This document shows, in pieces, positions 44,446 to 63,080 of a stretch of 64,000 bases of DNA (positions are counted from its first letter, which is position 1; every line of letters starts with the position of its first letter). The translations under genes and the position numbers were made by a program. Below the pieces are notes generated by a model. The model was given only the letters and a program-made list of their open reading frames with translations. It did no database searches and was not told the origin of the DNA. Location of the stretch: contig JBBPEB010000024.1 of the NCBI GenBank assembly GCA_039096225.1, forward strand, positions 1-64,000. The letters run 5' to 3'. The stretch comes from Blastocystis sp. Blastoise (taxonomy: Eukaryota; Protista; Bigyra: Opalinata).

Positions 44446-44854
44446 TTTCGTTCAACCAATCAAATGATTCCGAACTGGCTCTTTTTTTGGTCAAAAATAA
44501 ACTTTTGTATATATGGGGTTACGTACTTACTTATTCATTTTTTTTATAAAGTAGTAAGTAAGTAAATAGAATATATAAAAAGTTAGAAAAGTAAAAAAAG
44601 GATGACAGAGGGTGCGTCATCACTGATTTGACCAATCAAATTGTTTAAAATAGTTATTTATGGGAAAAACATATTTTATAGTGTATTTTTCACTATTTCC
44701 TTGATTTTTCTATATGATAAGAATTAGTAATTCTTCGCACAAACCCACACAAATATGGGCAACATCCCTATGCTAGCGAAGTTCTACGAACTTCGCTAGC
44801 ATAGGGATGTCGGCCATATCTTGGCCGCCTGGGTTTGTGCGAAGAATTAGTAAT
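44446..44854 (-). repeat. Right TIR of element 2 with terminal hairpin
   Basis: Inverted copy of left end; perfect stem ACATCCCTATGCTAGCGAAGTTC-tac-GAACTTCGCTAGCATAGGGATGT. Confidence 0.93.
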
Positions 44855-46099
44855 ATTATATTATCTATTAATATGACTTTTAAAAAGTGTGTTAGAACGA
44901 CTTTTTTTGGTACAAAGTCGCAATTAACTTTTTTAACCTTTTTTAAAAAGACTTTAAAGGCAATAAGTATCATAGTGTAACATATAAGGCATCCTTATAC
45001 CAAATAGAAAGTCAAAGATCGAAATTAATGAGGTCAAAATCAGCCGATACAACAACTTTGTTGGCATAAATATGCAATAATGATATATTTGTGTATGGTA
45101 AAGGTCACTGTATTCATAAATGTAGTCAAAATCTGATTTTATGAGGGTCAATCAAACAGATATCGATTCATTCTTGTCTTGAAAGAAATCTAATTGGTTC
45201 AATGAGTGGCGATTTTTGTCTAAATATTAAATTTAAAGTCCAATTTTTTTTATTAAGAGTGAAATGATTTCGATATCTCTTCGACTTTTTTATTTTAAAA
45301 ATATGTTCAAATAATTTGTAAATACAAACACTTACAATAAACCCTGCAATGTTTAAAATTTAATAAAATAAGAATTGTTGACAGAACACGCAATTGAAGT
45401 TTTGTGTTAATTTTTCAACATGTCAAAAACAGGTTTTAATGACTTTTAGGATGTTTTCATGACTAATAATGATGACTGGAGTTGTTTCTATAAAATTTGA
45501 AAGGGGTCAAAAGAGAATGTGTTCGATATTTCCAAACTGTGTGGATGAAATTTTTTAATTTCTTTCTGTTTATTGATTACAGGACTTATTCTATGCATAT
45601 AGGTTGATTATACGTTGCTAAAGTCTCTTTTAAAACTGATTATTTGTTTAATTGTCTTTTTTAAATCTAAAAGTAGTTTATTTGCTTAACCTGATACTTA
45701 AAATGCATAAAAATCATTTTATTAAAAATATATATACTCTTATGTAAACAAACAAATAAAATAAAATAAAAACAGAGGATAATAAAAATTCATAAATAAA
45801 CACAAATTTCTTTTGAAAAATTACAAAAAATAGAAGAAATTTTCTAGAAAAAATAATATATAAGAAAAAATAAATTTTTGGAAACAATTTAAAATTTTAT
45901 AAAGAATTAAAGAATTCTATGAAGTGTACGACAGTTTTTATTGGATAAAAATTCAAGTTTGAGCCTTTTATCTCATTTTAGTGGCCTAGTCGGTTAAGTC
46001 ACTTCTTTGTGGGACCGTTTTAGGCCCTTAGACGTGGAATTTTTGAAAGTTTTAAAAGCGTGTCAGAATACGTTTTTCATGTAGTTTCTAAATCTGTTA

Positions 46100-46745
46100 T
46101 CAGTGTAACATAGACACGTGACACAAAAAAGTAATCGGTCCATTTATATCAGTACAATTTTGTGCGAACTGATCCCTTTTATATATAAGATAGTTAAAAA
46201 ATGTGTTGAATGAACTATTATTTGTACTATTAGCAAAACTCAAAGATTCATTAGACTCATTATTATTAGTATATTGAGTATTATTATTTTCATTATTTAT
46301 TTGCTTATCAGAAATAATGGACATATTAAATATATCTAGATCATCAGTAGTATTTTCAATAATTGGAAGGGGAGAATAAGAATATTGAATAGAATTATTG
46401 TAATTTTTATTATATTCATCACCTAATGATTCATTTAAATAATTTTGAATAGAATTAGCATTATTCTTATTAATCATAATATCATTTTGATTTTGATTAA
46501 AAGAAGGAAGAAGAATAGGAGAAATTGGTATTGAATAATAATTATTATTATTATTATCATTAAATTTGATAATAGGAGAAACAATATTTTTAGGAATAAT
46601 TGAATTAGACTGTTGTATCGAATTATCTATTATAGTTTTCTTTTGTTCAATCTATAGTATTATATGTTTTATATAAAATTAATATACCTTTTTAGAATAT
46701 TCATTATTATTATTTAATTGATTACTATCATAATTATTTGATATC

Positions 46746-46790
<45 letters not shown>

Positions 46791-47340
46791 AGAATAACAT
46801 AATAAAAAATATATTTTTGGTAATATCTTGTTTTGATTCTATATAACGATGTATATCATAATCTGATGTACATTTTCTTACTAAACATTCAAATGTACAT
46901 TCCTATTAAATTAATAAATAAATAATAAATATATAATATAATATAATGAATAATATAATAAATAAATAATAAATATATAATATAATAAATAAATAATATA
47001 ATATATACTAAAGCATTGCAAATAATAATAAGACTTCCATTTGAGTCTCTTTCAGGTACATAATAATTCATGTCTTCTGCAAATTTTTTCTCTAATACAT
47101 AAGTAATAAATACCTTGACACCAAGTTCAGAAGTACAAAGATCTTTCAATTTGAAATTATTCTTATCATATAAAGTTTTATAATTGGTATTGAGGTTGTA
47201 ATATTTGTCGTGTACATCATTTGTATGATGGCAACTTCTAATAAAACTATTACAATAAAGAGGATTGTGCAATTTGTATTTGCAAACCAAGTCGCAAAAC
47301 AATGTCTGTAAGAGTAGCCAGAATGGTCTTTTGGAATATT
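46100..47340 (-). pseudogene. Multi-exon gene fragment of unknown function
   Basis: Coding-like ORFs separated by AT-rich GT-AG introns; no recognisable domain. Confidence 0.35.
46749..46787. repeat. (AT)n microsatellite
   Basis: Direct reading. Confidence 0.9.
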
Positions 47341-47376
47341 ATTGAATAACTTATTTAATTCATTTTTACTACAATA

Positions 47377-47501
<125 letters not shown>

Positions 47502-50500
47502 CAAGCGTTTCACGACTGGCTACGCCAGTTTATGCTTGAATCTAGATAAAAATAAAGGAAATATTTTTTTACAAATAATATTTTCATAGTTAAGAATAAA
47601 TAATTCTAATAATTTTTTTTTAATATTTACAATAATCACTTTATAAAGAAAAACTAAAAAACTAATGAAAAAAAGGAAAAAAGATTACATTCCATTTCAT
47701 AAATAAATGTATTTCAATACTTTAAAATACTTTACCTATTGTACATGAAATAAAGTTCATAAAACAAATAAGTTATTTTTAAAAAACTCTAAAAAACTAT
47801 TAACAATTTTTTCAAACACATTCACTTTTATTTTAACTAATTTTATATTCATATACATATATATTTAATTTGTTATTTTAATTTATAAACAATAACTTGA
47901 ATTTCATTTATTTAAAGTCATAATTACAAAGAATGAGTTCTTTTGAAAGACAAAAAACATTCTTTAAACTATAATAATTTTGTATTTAGTGACATAAAAA
48001 CGTATTATACTGTTTTAGAAACAATTAAAATTATTTTACCCATTCTAACATTCCTATCAAACAGTCAACCATGTTTAATTAAACTAATTTTTAATATTTT
48101 ATGTTCTATAATAAGTCTATTTATTATTATTATAAAAAGTGACTTGAATCTCTTGACTTAACTATTGTAATTCTAAAAAAATAATCTTTTAAACAACTTA
48201 AATTATTTATTTGTTGTAGATTTTTATATAAAACATTCAAAAAACACTCAATGCATACTTATTACAACCATTTTAAAAAAATAGACTCATTTTAACATTT
48301 TGGTCAAACACACAACCACCTTTATTTCAAACAATTCTCTTATTATTATAAACATTAAACACTCTAATACTCATTATTATAAAAAGTGTATTGAATCTCT
48401 TAACTTTTGACAGTTAAACAGACAATTCAAAATTATTTTTCCCTTTAAACTCATTATAAAGTGATAATATTTTCAGAATTGCCATGATATGTGATTTAGG
48501 ACACATTGAACTACTTTTTTCAAAATTATGAGTCAACATGTGCATATACTCATACACTTGTCAACTCCACTTTTGACTATTTTTTGAGAAATGCAATACA
48601 TATAAGGTCTAGTTTTCAAATATGTAAAAATTAATTGTCAAATATGAATTTGATTTGTCAACTTTTGGAAAATTTTTAGAAAAATGATTTTTCAATTTTC
48701 AGTTTTTTAACATGTTATACTATTGACTCTACTGAACTCATTTTTTTATTAATTTTAAATATTAAAATTTATATTATTAATATGTTTTATTCTCTATATT
48801 TATTTGTTAAAATTATATAAAATAATTAAATATTGACTGAGAAATTAAAAATGTAAACTATACCCTTTTTTGAAAAATAATAATTTTTATGTTTTGCATA
48901 TATAATTTTTTTTCTCAAAAGTTATTTTATATTTAGATATTATTTTTATAAATATATAAACTATATGTTGTCTAGTTTATAAATAAGTTTTATTTATTTT
49001 TTTAAAATTAATATTGATGGAGAAATTGTCAAAATAAACTATAGTATCAAAAACGGTTTCTTTTTATAAACGATTTATTTCACTAATTAAAGACTAATAA
49101 AAATTAATTTATTTATCTAAAGATTTTTTATGACATTTACAACTTATAAAGACTGATAACTTACTTTTTAGAACAAACATTGTCTGTATCAGTTCAACAT
49201 GTTGTCTCAACTTTTTCAAATAAGTCACGTACAATGTCTATGAGTGATTCTAAACACGAATTGAAACGTTTTAATAGTTTATTGAGTTAACATTGTCTGG
49301 TGATCTGTTGTCAAAGTCTTTTAAAAACAAAATAAAATTGTAAAATATGTTTATTTTGGTATTTAGTGATTCAATATGAAGTCAAATGTCAAATATATTT
49401 ATTATTGATGAGAATATTGACAAAAAACAAATAAAAAAATTAAAAAAAAAAATTCAAAAAACAATTTTTTATTGGATTCAACTATAGTCTCCTATGACTT
49501 CATTTTTTTATTTTTTGGAAAAGTGATAAAAATGCATCATGTTTGGATTGTCTTATATATAAATATTCTTTAACTTTTATTCTATATTGAATATTGACTC
49601 AGAAATCGTAATCATAAAATATACCCTTTTTAGAAATTTTTCTTTTTTATGTTTTTAATATAAACTTATATATTTTAGTCAATATTGAATATTAAAAGGA
49701 AATATTAAAAATGCATCATGTTTATGTTATCTAGTTTCTAAATATATTTTAATTTTAAATATATGTTGAATATTGACAGAAATATCAAGATCACAAAATT
49801 GGGTATCAAACACTAAAATTTTTAGAAACAAATATATCTCTTTTAAAACATATTATTAAAATATAAAACATATTTATGACGGATATAGAGTTAAATAAAT
49901 ACATTAAAGCTCAAATAAGTTTATTTAAAAGGAATGTGTCGGATATCAGTTTGACTTTTGTTGTTATTTAAAGGAATTATTGTTGTTTCAGAGTAGTTGA
50001 GGTCAGTATCATAACAACTGAAACCATTTTAGAGTTTATAGTTAGTGATGTGTGTATTGATATGTTGTCAAGTTCTAAATATAAACAAATTTACCCGTCA
50101 AAACTATTTATACGACCAACCCGTCAATAAAAGTCAATTTTATAAAAATAAATATAGAGTATGTGAATAGATATAGGAAAAATAAGAAAACAATAAAAAA
50201 TGAAAAACGAAAAATAAGTGTTTTTATAAAAATGAAAAATATTGGATAAAATAAAAATAATCCAATAATTTTGGTTAAAATTTTGTGCGAAAATGGTTTT
50301 TTGCATTTTTTAGCCAGAAATTTAGAGTTTTCGAAAAATTTCTTTACAGTCATTTTCAGAATTGTGTTCCGGATTTTATGATGTTATTTTTACTTTATAA
50401 AAGTTAATAACAAAGTCAATAATACGAAAAATGTGTGAGACACCGTACTTTTGTAGAACTAAATTAAGGATATTAATTAAAGTGATTTAATAAATATTTA

Positions 50501-50519
50501 ACTACTTTTTATATGATAT

Positions 50520-52940
50520 GACATTTAATCCTTTTTGTAAGCAAGTATTATCAAAATTCTTCTTCTCATCTTCATCTCTATAATGAAGAATTTATCTAAT
50601 TGATTCTCTAAAAGACAATGATGAATGTAATTCACTATTTTTGTTACTTGCTTCATTAGTTTCATTTGTTTCATCATCAAATAGAATAGTATCTTCATCT
50701 CATCAATTTGAAATTCTTCAAGAATATCAGAATATTGCTTCCAATCATTAGTTAATAATTTATTCTATTTACTTGAATATTCTGGAAATTTCTTCATAGT
50801 TTTAAGAGCTGATTTATAGAGTAATCACTAAATTATTGTATACATGAATTTCACAACAACTAACCAAGTCGTTCAGACAATTATAAATATATTCACGTCA
50901 TTTTATGGCATTTGTGTACATTTCTTGTATGTTATCAGAAGATGATAAAGTTGAAACATCATCAAACAATTCTTTAATAATTGTTATTGATTCAGCAATA
51001 GTAAGTGTTTCTGATTGTAGTAATATTGATGCACGATTAACAACTGACAGAATACGATACCAGCACTCAAGGAAGATTTGAAAAGGTAATTCACCTAAAA
51101 CTTGAAGCATTTTTTCTGAATTAAAATAACATACATTCTTTTTGTTATAAGAATAAAAATAAAGTAAAAAGACCTTACATAGTGTTATTTTAGGATGGAA
51201 TATATGTGGAAGAATTGAATAATACCTTGCTACAAATCTTGTTTGTGATACTTGTGGTAGAGTATAATATGAAAATTATTATTTTTAATCAGCACTCTTA
51301 AACGAGAGCACTTTGGCCAGGAAACAGCTACATCATTAACATAGATATATACATAGAAGAATCATTGATTCTATTCTATAAATCAATTAAAGCTAAATTC
51401 AGGAGATGAGCTCGACATCCATATCCAAGAACTGTTCCAGATTCCATTTTTAATCCTGATATAATCCCAAGTGTTGTACTTGCATTACAAATGCAATTGT
51501 CGTATGACACAGAACATAATCTCTTTATATCTAAACCTTTCTCATTTATACATTTTTTATATCTTGAGCTATCTTTAAACCTGAAGGAGAAGTTTCTTCA
51601 ACTAGACTAAGGAAGTATTGAAAAATATGTTGTGATTCATCACAATACCTAATAGTTACTACTAATTCCTCTATATTATTGCAGGTAGTACCATCTGTAG
51701 TAATACTGTATTATCTATTTCCTATTCTATTTCTTAAAGTGGAAGAAAGATTATCAGATATTATTTGTACCCATATTTGTGTAGACCTTATAGATGTATA
51801 TATATTCTTGTTTTCAACGAGGAATTGATTGAACAAAGGATCATTTTTGGCTGTCAATAACAATAATTTTAAGAAAATACCACAATGAGGAGAAGAAAGA
51901 CTTGTTGTATCTCCATATATAGAATGAATGCTTGATAAGCAGGTACACATGCAATCAAAAATAATTGTAAAGAAACATTTCCATACCCTTTTATTATTAT
52001 TAGAAATACAATTCGAATTATCTAGAAGAAGTGTTTGATTATTAATAAGATTATTTATTAATTTTTTGAAATTTTTCATAAAATTTTTGTGTGATTTTAA
52101 ATTTTTATGATTATTAATAACAGAAGCTGAATATATTGCTCCATTAAGCATTGGATCATTTGAGAATAATAAGCAGGATATACAATACCATCTACTATCA
52201 GATGTATTATATAAAATAAACTTATTATACGTTTCATTGTGCTTAAAAAGACTCTTAAGACTAGGACATTTATACACCTCGGCATCTAAGAAAAGATGAT
52301 AATCTATAACATATGAGATAGGATTAATTAATATCTCTAAATGATGATCTATATAATTTCTCCATCTCTCTATCATAGATTTCATACATCTTTGATCTTC
52401 ATCATCTTTATAAATAGTATTTCTTATAAGTCCAAATAGTTCTATATTCTTATCTAATACGTTTTTAATAGTTGGAATTGGATAATAATAGGTTGTCGAA
52501 GATGGCACAAACACTGATGATTTCCTAGTATTATCTGCTTGATTATTTGATGATATAGAACCTAATTGACATTTGAAATTTTTATTTTGTGTTGCTATTT
52601 GATACTGTTCAGGAAAAAATATATATATATCTTCAATAATATCAGCTAATGAAGATGAATTTGATAGAATATATTCAAAACCATTTGAGACAAGTCTAGA
52701 TATAGAGCCAAGTTTCTGAGCAAGTAATGAAGTATTTTCTTTATTATAAACCATAGAACAAGAATTAATTGTACTAGAAGCTATATATTATAAATATAAA
52801 CTCAATTAGTTATATATTATATATTATATATTATAATAAAAAATATAAACATATAAACAATATAATATATACCGAAAAATTCTGTAATTGTTGTTTTATT
52901 GTTAATAGCATTGGAACTGTTAACACTATTTCTTTCATCA
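50520..52940 (-). pseudogene. hAT-superfamily transposase pseudogene (DUF4371-type)
   Basis: WYCISCLLFS...H..LKSH Zn-finger-like; NR*YSITTDGTT...EELVVTIRY; SYDN; GCRAHLLNLAL; SQTRF; stops and frameshifts. Confidence 0.82.
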
Positions 52941-53639
52941 CCTATGTATAGAGACACATATTAAATAATTAATATCATATATATATAATTATTATATTAT
53001 CATTACTATATATATGAGAATAGGCAAAAAAATCCCATTGGTCAGTTTTTGGAAAATGCATTTGATTTGCTAATGTATACTATAGTTTGTACCCACAACT
53101 CCTCTAAACTTACTGGGAGTTAACTTTTGGTTGAAACACAGTTCAATAGGATATAACATGTAGTTGTGCACCGTATATTTGGTTAAGCGATATTGCTTAT
53201 AATTACAAAGATATTAATAAAAGAACAGAAAACATGTTTTTTGAGTCGTTTTCGATTGGCTCTTTGGGATCATAAAGATAAAAATTGTTGACCAGACAAT
53301 TGAAAAATAAACATGGGGTAAACTTGATTTTTTCTCAATCCCACAATATACGTTATCCGTGTTTATTCTTTATATTTATCTATTTTTTAATACTTTTTCA
53401 TATTGAACACGTGAGGCCTTAACGGTCAAATTTAGATTCTTATTTTGACATCATATTCTGATTCAGGAGGTCAAAAAACCTAGGTGTACCAATTTTGAGC
53501 TCCTGAGGACGATTTTTGAGTGATCGATATTTTCATCGATCTTCTTAATCGACTAATATTGTAGTATTGTAATCAATAGGTCCTCAAGCTACTATAGTTA
53601 AAACAAAGTTTTAAAATAACCAGTTTACAAGTGACAATT

Positions 53640-54660
53640 TTGAAAAATGTGAATTAAGTGGTCTTAGAGTGAGAGATTCAATATAATGACTTTTGTTTAG
53701 TAAACTAGAGATAATACTCTATACTATGTCAAAAGGAGAGTCAAAATTATGAAGGTCAAAGTGTATGACCAAATGACAAAATGTGTCTTAAAAAGTAAAA
53801 GGGTTTATATATGTGTATAGAATCATATATTGAGTCTATTCTATGAATAAGAGCTTTAAATAAATAGTTTAAGGTTGTCAAATTCAAAAGAATGTGTAAA
53901 ACATAGTCTTAAACTATGAATAAAAAATTTAGAGATATTAATTAGTGTACAGCTGTAGTAGCTCTACAACATATCAAAAGTTCAAAGAAAATAATTTTTA
54001 AAGAGTGGATGTGTGAAGGGTTTTGACTATTATTTAAAAATTATTTTTACTTCAGTTTGAGCAAAATCGTGAATTTCGTGCACTGTAGAAAAATTGATTT
54101 AAAAATTCAACTCTAAGGGTCTTAAATTTTGAAAAATGTAAAAATGAGTGACTTAGAGGACGAGATTCAAAATAAGAGTGTTTATTCATTAAACTAGAGT
54201 GTATGACCTATATTATATTAAAAGGAGGGACGAAAATGTTTTGATCAAAGTGTATGACCAAATGGTAAAGTCTTCTTAATAAGTTTAAAGTGTTGACTAA
54301 TATGTTTATAGAGTCATATAGAGTCTACTATGCAAGTATTAGCTTTTAAAAATATGTTTAAGCCTTTCAATTAGTAAAAATATGTTCAAAGAGAGTAATA
54401 AAATGAGAATTTTAAGAAACGAGATATTGTTCAGTATACACTAAGAGACACTCTACAACATATCAAAAATATAGCAAAAACTATTTTTAGAGAGTGGATG
54501 TGTGAAGGGTTGTGAGAGTTATTGAAAAAATATTTTTACTTCAGTTTGTGCAAAATCGTGTTTTTGGAACACTGTAGAAAAATTAACTTCAAAAATCAAC
54601 TCTAAGGGTCTTAATTTTAAAAAATGTGAAAATGTTTGACTTAGAGGACGAGATTCAAAA
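53640..54660. repeat. Diverged tandem repeat, ~490-bp period, about 2.1 copies
   Basis: AAAAATGT...CTTAGAG..GAGATTCAA recurs near 53643, 54132, 54621; AGAGTGGATGTGTGAAGGGTT near 54002 and 54492. Confidence 0.85.
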
Positions 54661-56930
54661 TTCCCCCTCGCTTTCATATAATTAGACAACACACTCTATA
54701 TTATATCACTATGAGGCAGTTTTCTTTTGCAAAATCTCTCCAAAATGAAGATTTGTAATCAGACTGAATCAGAACTCTTTCAGCTGGTTTATATTTACGG
54801 TTATTCACTATTTATTGCCCAATCAGTGTCTAATTTAGGATGGTTAATTTCATATAAAAATAGTGATTATTCTCAGTCTTAATTTATCTTAAAATTACAT
54901 TTTCAGATAAAATCTAATTGATCAAATATCTGCTGTAACTAACAAAACAATGTAATCAAACACAAAAACGTATTAATCATACAATTCGCTACAAGAATTA
55001 CTAATAAAAAACGACACAAACCAAAGTGATCAGTTAATCGGCATATATCAGCATATTTAACTAACTCCTAATTCCTGTGAATTGAATCCACTCTTCATCT
55101 GTACAAGGTTCTACATGGAAAAAAACTAAAAAAAATTATATTATAAAATAGATAATTAGCAAAAAACAAAACATACAAATATAAATCATTGAATATATAC
55201 CAGTTGATTTCTCACTCTATATATGATATATTCATAATATATGTATAATAATATATATAAAGACATATACATCCAACATCTGCCACTTGTTAGCCCTATT
55301 TCTTCGATGATATTGGCCATAGTTGTTAGTCTATAATAATGAATCACAAATAAAGAATATATCATACAATTTAAGCCTCAAACTAATTAATTTGGTGTCC
55401 CTCTATTATGATTCTGTTCATTATCTATATATATAAAATAAAAAGTAAAACATTTGATTAATAAATAAATATTTATTGTAATAAAGTATATACTTCTTGA
55501 AATTGTCTTATCATCTACGAAGGCATATAATATTAGTCATTCATAACTATAAATAGAAAACATATTGAAAGTCTAATAATAAATATATACATATTAAATT
55601 ATTCCCTATCTTATTCTATTCACATAATATTGACTAAGAAATTATAACCATTAATAAAGTTTATAACTAATTTCAATAATCATACTATAAATAAAAATTA
55701 TAGAAATAGAAATGAAAGAAAGATATGTAGAAAAATATTTAAATAACATCAAAATTGATAATAACAGATATAAATACTTTATAAGCGTGTTATATCACTC
55801 ACAACCATTATTATAATCATTTATAAATCTCTCTTTTAATCTAAATATGTATAATAATATATATTTACTAATATACCTTTAATAATTTAGCCAATATAAT
55901 GTTGACAACCACATCTAAAGAATTATATATATTTAACCTTTCTAGATATAGAGAGTTAATGGCTTAATATATAAATATAAATATACAATATATTATGAAA
56001 TCGCTTTATATCAATTCTAACATATTCAGTTGTCTTATTCAATTGAAATACATAATAGTAACACTTCATTTTCCTAAACTTAAGTATGTATATAATTTAT
56101 ATAAAAATATTTACCTGTGATTCAACTACTAAGATGTAATTCAAGCTTATATTGGTGTAGATTTGTTAGTGACCTTTCGACGTAACTAATAATCAGATTT
56201 TAGCTGAAATATGTAATTCATCAATCTATAATATATATATAATTAATTATTATTATCATAAATAATGGATACAATAATCAAATAAAAACAAAACGTTTAT
56301 TATATACAATGGCAAATCAATTAAATACATAGATGAACAGACCTTTTTAAATATTTTTGAATGACATGTAGCTACAATAGTAAAAAACACGAAAACAAAT
56401 TCTCAATCAAAGACTAATGTTGATTTCAAAGGCTTTGAAATCAAAGAAGGCTACATGGAAATGTTCAAATGACCAAGAGAAAGCAATAATGAATTGTGTT
56501 AGGTTTATAGAAGTCAGGCACCCTTTTTAACGTTGGACAAAGACTATAAAATGTTATTACTATTATTATTAATTTATACATATGTAATTAAAATAATAAC
56601 TTGCCATATTGAAATACACATTCAACGAAATAGACCATAAAAGTCTAAACTACAGTGAATTTATCAAATCATCAACAAAAATAGCATGAAATATGTAAAA
56701 ATAAAAAATTAAAAAAAATGAATCTTCAAAAAAAATTATACGAATCTCGTCGTTTTTTTTTCTTTTTCAATACGGTATTTTTGTATATAGAAATGAATAT
56801 ATATTGGTTAAGATTTCCACTTTAAATGATGAAGTTGTCTTTAACCACATTCATTATGTTTTTTAGTGTGATGCTATTTACTTTCTTTTATTTCAATAAC
56901 GAAGCTGATTTCTATGAATTGATGATGCTA

Positions 56931-57433
56931 AAGTCCCTGGAAAAAACCGGTCCATTTTTTTTTAATGTTATTTTCATGTAAATAATAATTTTTTTACGGC
57001 AAAAAAATATATAACCACGATTTTTAATTTTTTTTTGTTTTATACACAGTTTTATCAGCAACATCATTAATATGCGAGTCATCTATATTTCCTTCCATCA
57101 CTTTTGCAGCACATACCATGATAATAGTTGATTGTCACTTCAACCTGACTTAAATTGACTTATCGAGAATAAATAAGATTACACTGTCAAAATATAATAT
57201 TATATCGCAGATTTTGGTGATAATTACCACATAACAATTCTGTCAAGTGATATGGGAAGTGGATGACATATATAGTAATGATTATATAAACAAAAATGTT
57301 TATAAAACAAAAAAAAATGAAAAATCGTGGTTATTTTGTTTTTGTGGTTAAAAAAAACCGTATTTACATGAAAATAACATTAAAAAAAAAATGGACCGGT
57401 TTTTTCCAGAGGACCGGTTTTTTCCAGGGACTT
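56931..57433. mobile_element. MITE with ~115-bp TIRs and TA target duplication (Tc1/mariner-like)
   Basis: TA|AAGTCCCTGGAAAAAACCGGTCC ... GGACCGGTTTTTTCCAGGGACTT|TA; no coding capacity. Confidence 0.85.
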
Positions 57434-59207
57434 TAATACCTTTTCTTACTTCCTTTTTCTCTATATATTTAATTTTATTTATTTTTTTTAATTTTATAGT
57501 ACACTTTCCAGTTTTTATTTGCTTATACTGAGAGTATTCTGTTGCAAACTTCAATATAATACGTTGACCGTTTTTGAAGTTCTTTTGCCAAAAATTAATT
57601 TGTAGTTTTTGCTTTTATTTAACGTATCAATTCATTTTATATACTTTATCTATTCTCAATAAGTGAATAAATACATATTAACAGAAGCACTATGAAAAAA
57701 GTAACTATGCTCCATAATGGATGGAAAGAGTCTTTATTCTTCAGGTTCAAATCCTGGCATACGTATTGATATGATATAAGAATTTCTATATTGTCTTAAA
57801 TATGCTTAACTTACACGTTTCATTTAGCATTATATCTTGTAGTTTTTGTATAAATTATGCTTCTACTATTTGATGATCATGTAGATCTTATAAATATGTA
57901 TGCCCAACTTATCTTTTGGTTTAGCTTTAACGAATATGTTTTTTGATTTCCATTGTATCTGTTATAAACTATTTAAACTATTTTTTTATATTATATTTTA
58001 TAATATAAATATATAATTAATGTAAAACTTAATTAATATTCAATTTAAATATAAAACATATCTAGTTTTAATTATTTTTTAATAAAATTAAATTTATATT
58101 TAAATAAATAGTATATTAGTTTATAATATCTAGTACATAGATTATTCATTATTTCTAATTTTAAATTGAATATATTATTATTAATACTAGTAGTATAATA
58201 ATAAATAATGATTTCAAAAACAATAGTATAAGGCAACATGATATATTTAGTTATTTATAACATATGAACATAATTTTATAAAAACATAAGATTCTTTTTT
58301 AACTCATACAATATTATTACACAAATATGACAGTCTTCTTATTATTAATTTATCCTCACATTTTAATCTTTTTATTGTTTTCTTCTTTGGATTTATTCTC
58401 CATTCTTGTTTCTATACATGTTTAAAAGTAATATGAAGTACTAATATTATTTATAACACTATATATCTTACATTATAATTATAATTATCTTTTCCTTTCA
58501 CTTCAATACCATTTTTCTATATAGATACAATAGAAATGTTATAAAAATATGATAAATAAACTTATAAAACATACAGTACGAGTTTCATTTCCTTGGTCTG
58601 GCACTTCACTATCAGCTTTAATCATATTAAAATATTTATAAAACGTATTATTTTTCTTCTTATCATTCAACGACTTCTTTAAAGTATTAGCTACCATTCT
58701 TTTTGATATATTTAAATCACCAGCAAATGTATTTGTGTATAAGCAACATAATTTATACATTTTTTTAAATAATAAGCTTTCATCCTGTAAAGAAATTGTT
58801 CCATCTTTACTAATAAATAAATCAAAACAAAGATTTTGATCTTCATCACTTAATACATATGATATACATCGTATAACATCCTAAATACAGTATAAAATGA
58901 CTACAATTATATACGGCAATAAGTTTTGAATTTAGTTTGTAATTCGTAATCGTGATTTTTCTTGTAAGACACTCATGGCGCAAACATTCTTCAATGTTAG
59001 ACGTTAATAAACGATTAGAATTTTCTATATACAATATAATTATTTTTTAATATTTACCATTTCCAAGTTCATTTTTTGTGTGACTAATAAAACAATCCAG
59101 AGCTTCAATCATTTCTTTGCGAAAAGCCTCCATACATAAGAATTTACTTAAAACAAAATAAAATATTAATGGTTTTTTAAAATTTTTATATAAAAGGTTT
59201 TTTCACA

Positions 59208-63080
<3,873 letters not shown>

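Larger units (their letters stand above)
20119..44854. mobile_element. Endogenous Polinton-like virus element 2, TIR-bounded, decaying
   Basis: About 400 bp inverted repeats at both ends enclosing the same viral gene set; several internal stops and frameshifts. Confidence 0.9.

Noticed and set aside
45981-46015. tRNA A-box/D-arm-like GTGGCCTAGTCGGTTAAG
   Set aside because: No T-arm or acceptor stem at proper spacing
57704-57763. tRNA-like sequence with CAGGTTCAAATCCTG T-arm/B-box
   Set aside because: Only a 5-bp acceptor stem and no convincing anticodon arm; at most a degenerate remnant
55100-59110. Possible minus-strand multi-exon genes (about 55100-56300 and 58300-59110)
   Set aside because: Exon-like fragments are visible, but no continuous frame or domain could be reconstructed
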